DNA of 62,988 nucleotides, counting the filler, from Asterionella formosa (taxonomy: Eukaryota), in the NCBI GenBank assembly GCA_002256025.1. It is 12 parts of 12 records of this genome, joined end to end, with 100 filler letters (N's around TTAATTAATTAA, not from the genome) between each part and the next. Parts side by side here need not be neighbours in the genome. Positions count along the whole stretch, not along the records: positions 58,460 to 59,901 come from NKIB01002422.1; positions 60,002 to 61,446 come from NKIB01002424.1; positions 61,547 to 62,988 come from NKIB01002425.1; 9 more parts are not named here. One strand, given 5' to 3'. The notes under the pieces are model-generated. The model did not search any database, was not told the origin of the DNA, and worked only from the letters and a program-made list of their open reading frames with translations. The position numbers were made by a program, and so were the translations under genes. The number at the start of each line of letters is the position of its first letter. Positions within the stretch are counted from its first letter, which is position 1. Positions 58,460 through 62,988 of this stretch are shown piece by piece.

Positions 58460-59901
58460 TCGAAATTAGTTACAACGAGGAAGTCAACCTCGCTCGTGAC
58501 GTCAGAAATCGCTGGTTGTTAGACAGCGGTGCTACCGTTCACATCTGCACGGACGTGCGCATGATGGAAGACAAGAAACAAGTGAGTGAAACGGTCGTGG
58601 TAGGGAATGGAACTGAGATAGTATCAACTGTCTCTGGTACTGTAACCCTGACGACTACGGACGAAGGAAAATGCTTGAAACTCACCGATGTGCTTTATGC
58701 ACCGGAGTTCAAGCAGAACATCATCAGTGTCTCTAGAATGATCGACAAGGGTAATCAAGTGATCTTCGAGGACGATAGGATGACGATACGAAACAAGAGC
58801 GGTTTTCTAACCTGCAAAAGAGATAAAACTCGAAAGCTCGGAGCAATGTATCATGTCGAAGGTAATCCGATCATCAAGCAAACGGTGATGGAAGTCGATC
58901 AACTACAAGAGAACGCGACACAACAATCGATCGACGACTACAACGAAAACGATTGGACGAAAGTTGAAGCAAAGAAAACGAACAAAGGAAAGAACAAATG
59001 GAATAATCAAAATGGTGAGTTTGAAAATAATTATGTGATTGTCGATATCAATGAAGCGCATGCGATGCTTGGTCATGTGGGCGAGAAATGTTTGCACGAT
59101 ACGGCGAAATTATTTGGATGGAAGTTGAGCGGCATCATGACAGTGTGCGCAGGCTGTGCGGCAGCGAAAGCTAAAGCACGAGCCGTCCCAAAAACAACGC
59201 AAGAAAAATCGACGGTACCTGGAGAGAGACTGTTTGTGGACATCAGCGGACCCTACGCGAAATCCGCTGTTGGCAATCAGTACTGGGTCATGGCAGTGGA
59301 CGACTACACAAGAAAGCGCTGGAGCTATTTCATTAAAAAGAAGAGCGATATCGGAACAGTCATTGAAATTTTACTATCAAGTTTAGCCGGAGCCGGTCAC
59401 AAGACAAAGTATGTCCGTTGCGATGACGCAGGCGAGAATACTAAACAATTGAGAAAGGTATGTGAAAATCGCGGTATAAAAATGGAATTCACTGCCCCGC
59501 ACACTCCACAACACAATGGTGTAGCGGAACGCGGTTTTGTCATTGTGCGACAGAGGGCACTAGCAATGATGCTAAGTGCGAAACTAACAGATGAGTACCA
59601 AGGGCTATTATGGGCAGAGGCGGTACATACAGCTACACGTTTAACAAATAGTACAGTTAACTCAGTAACTAAAAGAAGTCCCGACGACATGTTCTATGGC
59701 GAAATGAATCCAAGAAGGCCCTACAAGTTATACAAGCAATTTGGGCGCGTAGGATGGGTTACTGCAAGACACAACATTAAGAAATTAGACGCACGTTCTT
59801 TCAAGTGTGTCTTTTTGGGTTATTCAGAGGACCACTCCCAAGATACGTATCGTATGTATAATCATGAGACTAACACTGTAATCAATACACGCGATGTTAA
59901 G
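58460..59901 (+). mobile_element. Ty1/Copia pol fragment: protease, GAG-pre-integrase and integrase core (open frame)
   Basis: WLLDSGATVH, HAMLGH...CAGC, FVDISGP, VDDYTR, RCDDAGE, PQHNGVAERGF, LWAEAVHTA, KLDARSFKCVFLGY. Confidence 0.95.
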
Positions 59902-60848
59902 NNNNNNNNNNNNNNNNNNNNNNNNNNNNNNNNNNNNNNNNNNNNTTAATTAATTAANNNNNNNNNNNNNNNNNNNNNNNNNNNNNNNNNNNNNNNNNNN
60001 NAAGTGGCAGCAAGCCCTTCTGCTTCAGCAAGTGGCACATTGTTGTTGGCATTCGAAGGCAAGTTCTGATGCTCTGTAGGTGCCTTCTTTATCGACTCAT
60101 CTATAGAAATGGATTCAGAGGGATTGCTGTCACTTGGTGTTGGCTTTGTTGGGGAAGAGGGATGTTGTTTGTGGTCCCTCTTGGCATCAACCAGTTTTTG
60201 AATATCATTTAGTAAATTACTATCAATTGAATAATCATCTCCGAGTTGCAATAGCCTTGGCTCCGTCATTACCAGTTAAATCAAAACTGAGATCAAGTGT
60301 AGTCAACCTTGGATCATTCGCTTTCAACCGTTTGACTTCTTCTTCCCATCTAGGCATTGTGAATGTCGTCTTTATTGTGATTGACGAGCGACTTCTTTTT
60401 TGTTCTTGTTCGAGTGAAAAGTGTTTTTTGTGTTAAAACTCCTTTTCTCGTGCTGCGAAAATAGTGTCTCTACCACTTGTCCTAGAATTCTACGCAACTC
60501 ATTCCTCATGCATGACAGATATATACATCTATCTACCGCTATGATGCATGATGATGAGCAGTGTCTCTACCACGTGTCCTTGAATTCTACGTAAAAGATG
60601 CAACTCATTCCTCATACCGGTATATGATAGATGATCCCAGAAAATTTGTAAATCCTCATACCGGTATATACACCGACTACCGGTAGACTACCGGTACCGG
60701 TATCTACAATGCATGATGGTGATTGTGATGTTGAAAGGTCTCGTACTCCTTCCCGTCTGACGGGTTCCTCTTACGTAGGACTTACCTGCTATACCACTAG
60801 TATTGTTATCTTCTTTCTGCTGCTAGCCTTCGTGCCACACACCAAAAC

Positions 60849-61446
60849 TGTTAGGGTTAGGGAAAAGGGACAACGCCTCTAGGCGTCATCCCTATTGAGC
60901 ATCCAGCCCTTCTAGGGCTGGGCATGTTGTTAGTACTGCATACCAGTTACTTCAGTATACTCTACTAATATCCACGTAAGTGCGCAGATCCCGGTATATC
61001 CGATACACAACAGAAATAGATAATCTAATTAAACCCTCAGTTACTTGTAATTACGTTGTCCTCAACCCGATTGCACGAACTCGTCACCCATCTCTCCTCC
61101 ACAGGTTATTGATCCCTCTTGATCCCTGGGAGAGCAATGCGATCCCCATCGCCGACCGACACCAATCTTGCCCCTCTCCCTGCCACATTTATTGGTGAAA
61201 CCACGCCCTCATGGCCTACAGCGCCACCGCACCATCATGGGGGTACCGCCCATCCATATCCCGCCGCTATCTCTGCTGCACACGGGCGCCCTTCCGCTTC
61301 ATCGGTCCCCACTGGGTATTCCCTTCCCTCGGCCCACGACTTCCCGGTTTACTTCTCTTCGTCGCCAGAATTCATCGCATCCTCCTCCCATCGTTCTGCG
61401 CCTCCTCTGCGCCATTCAGCACCACATACCATGAGTCCCTATCCTT
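60849..61446 (+). mobile_element. Possible LTR, PBS and start of gag of a Copia-like element
   Basis: TG(60849)...CA(61103) followed directly by GGTTATTGATCC, like the GGTTATG-type half-tRNA-Met PBS of copia, then a Pro/Ser-rich ORF. The LTR start is a guess. Confidence 0.4.
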
Positions 61447-61546
61447 NNNNNNNNNNNNNNNNNNNNNNNNNNNNNNNNNNNNNNNNNNNNTTAATTAATT
61501 AANNNNNNNNNNNNNNNNNNNNNNNNNNNNNNNNNNNNNNNNNNNN

Positions 61547-62988
61547 ACTCCTATAGAACAAATCACAGGCGAGACACCCGACATATCCGAATACTTGGAT
61601 TTCGGGTTCTACGATTGGGTGTGGTACAAGGATAATGCAGGGGTTGGCGAAAACATGTTCGGGCGCTGGCTTGGGGTGTCTCACCGAGTCGGTAACCTAA
61701 TGTCGTATTGGATTCTAACCATTGCTTGTCGCATTATCTCACGCACTACAGTGCAGCGTATCACTCACCTTGAACTGACAACTAGCGAGGTCAACGAAAG
61801 ATGCAAGGAGTACAATGAGAGGATAAAGGAAATAATGCATGACGACAACCACCGAAATGCAGGCGACGAGGAGGAGCGACAATTGCAGGATTGGGATGAA
61901 TACTCGGATCTGCAGGACGACTCAGTATTTGGCGAAGAGATAAACAATGTTGTGAGCGATCACCAAATACCAAATGCCGATGACACTTTCACGCCCGATA
62001 TTTTCGAGGATACATACCTCAACAAAGAGATAGCGATGCGAGGGGCGCTGGAGATGACAACGACGGTGTTCAGTTTGGCAGAGTCACCAAGAGATTGCGC
62101 GACGCCGATGGTAGACCTATCGGCAAGGCTCACGAAAATCCTTTGCTTGACACCAGAGAGTATGAGGTCGAGTTCTTTGACGGACACACAGAGGCATTGT
62201 CTTCTAACCTTATTGCTCAGAATTTGTTTTCACAGATAGACGAGGAGGGCGAACGACACGTACTTCTCGACGACATTATCGATCATAGGCGGAATGCGAC
62301 GGCACTCGACAAAGAGGACGCATTCATCACAATGTCTAACGGTGTCAAGCGGCGGAGACAGACGACTCAAGGGTGGCAACTCCTGTGCCAATGGAGGGAC
62401 GGGAGTACCACTTGGGTCGCACTTAAGGATATGAAGCAATCGTACCCCATACAGGTGGTGGAGTACTCAATTGCTAATCGTATTGATGACGAGGCAGCGT
62501 TCGCGTGGTGGGTGCCGACTCTTCTAAAGAAACGGGACCGAGTCCTAGCAAAGGTAAAGTCTAAGTATTGGCAGCGAACTCATAAATACGGTATATGGAT
62601 ACCGAAGTCCGTCGAAGAGACGTTAGCGATTGATAAAGCCAATGGCAACACATTATTGTGGGACGCCATCTGCAAGGAAATGAAAAACGTGCGACCGGCA
62701 TTTGAAAAGTGGGAAAAGCGAGAGGGAGACCTTCCGCCAGGGTACCAAAAGATAAGGTGTCATTTCGTGTTCGACACCAAAATGGGCGAAAACTTTCGGC
62801 GTAAGGCGAGACTAGTTGCTGACGGCAGCCGGACGGAAACGCCCGCAGCCCTGACGTATTTGTCAGTTGTGTCGAGGGACTCAGTGCGCATTGCCTTATT
62901 GGTTGCTTCATTGAACGACTTACAACTTCTTGCTTGCGATATTCAAAACGCTTATCTAACCGCAGATTGCAGAGAGAAAATTTACATA
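61547..62988 (+). mobile_element. Diatom-type Copia (CoDi-like) pol fragment: integrase C-terminus, chromodomain-like segment, RT N-terminus; one frameshift near 62037
   Basis: ITGETPDISEYLDFGFYDWVWY, GRWLGVSHRVG, SRTTVQ; after the frameshift GWQLLCQWRDGSTTW, AFAWWVP, THKYGI, KARLVADG, VSRDSVR, CDIQNAYL. Confidence 0.92.

Noticed and set aside
60850..60862. TTAGGGTTAGGG as a telomere
   Set aside because: Only two units, internal to the contig; at most a telo-box-like motif.
47560..62988. Regular 1543-bp periodicity of N-TTAATTAATTAA-N blocks, resembling an array or cassette system
   Set aside because: Artificial six-frame-stop spacers joining contigs of similar length (1442-1445 bp). Adjacency across spacers has no biological meaning, and ORFs ending in X...LIN are artefacts.

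Overview
Eukaryotic nuclear DNA, most likely from a diatom or close stramenopile: short GT-AG introns, bipartite plastid-targeting peptides, nuclear chlH and diatom-type Copia elements. The window is not one locus. It is 12 contigs joined by 100-nt N44-TTAATTAATTAA-N44 spacers: two of about 23.7 kb and ten of about 1.44 kb. Contig 1 carries a P-loop kinase-like gene, a mitochondrial lipoyl-domain-only protein, chlH, a plastid myo-inositol dehydrogenase, Moco sulfurase, a SOS1-like Na+/H+ antiporter and a plastid hypothetical. Contig 2 carries an intron-joined MtnA-MtnK methionine-salvage fusion, RUS/DUF647, bromodomain-ET, TPR-PDZ, F-box/ankyrin and MPP-alpha/core-2 genes plus transposon relics. 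The small contigs are mostly transposon fragments, a bHLH gene and a STAND-ATPase fragment. Most notable: (1) a 1326-bp circular or tandem unit with one orphan ORF and iteron-like repeats; (2) the spliced MtnA-MtnK fusion, with a stop codon inside the splice donor; (3) a TA-flanked MITE family whose ends could explain the pervasive TACCGGTA/TACCWGGTA palindrome arrays as excision footprints; (4) a two-copy tRNA-headed SINE-like element. All calls come from reading motifs by eye; no database searches were run.
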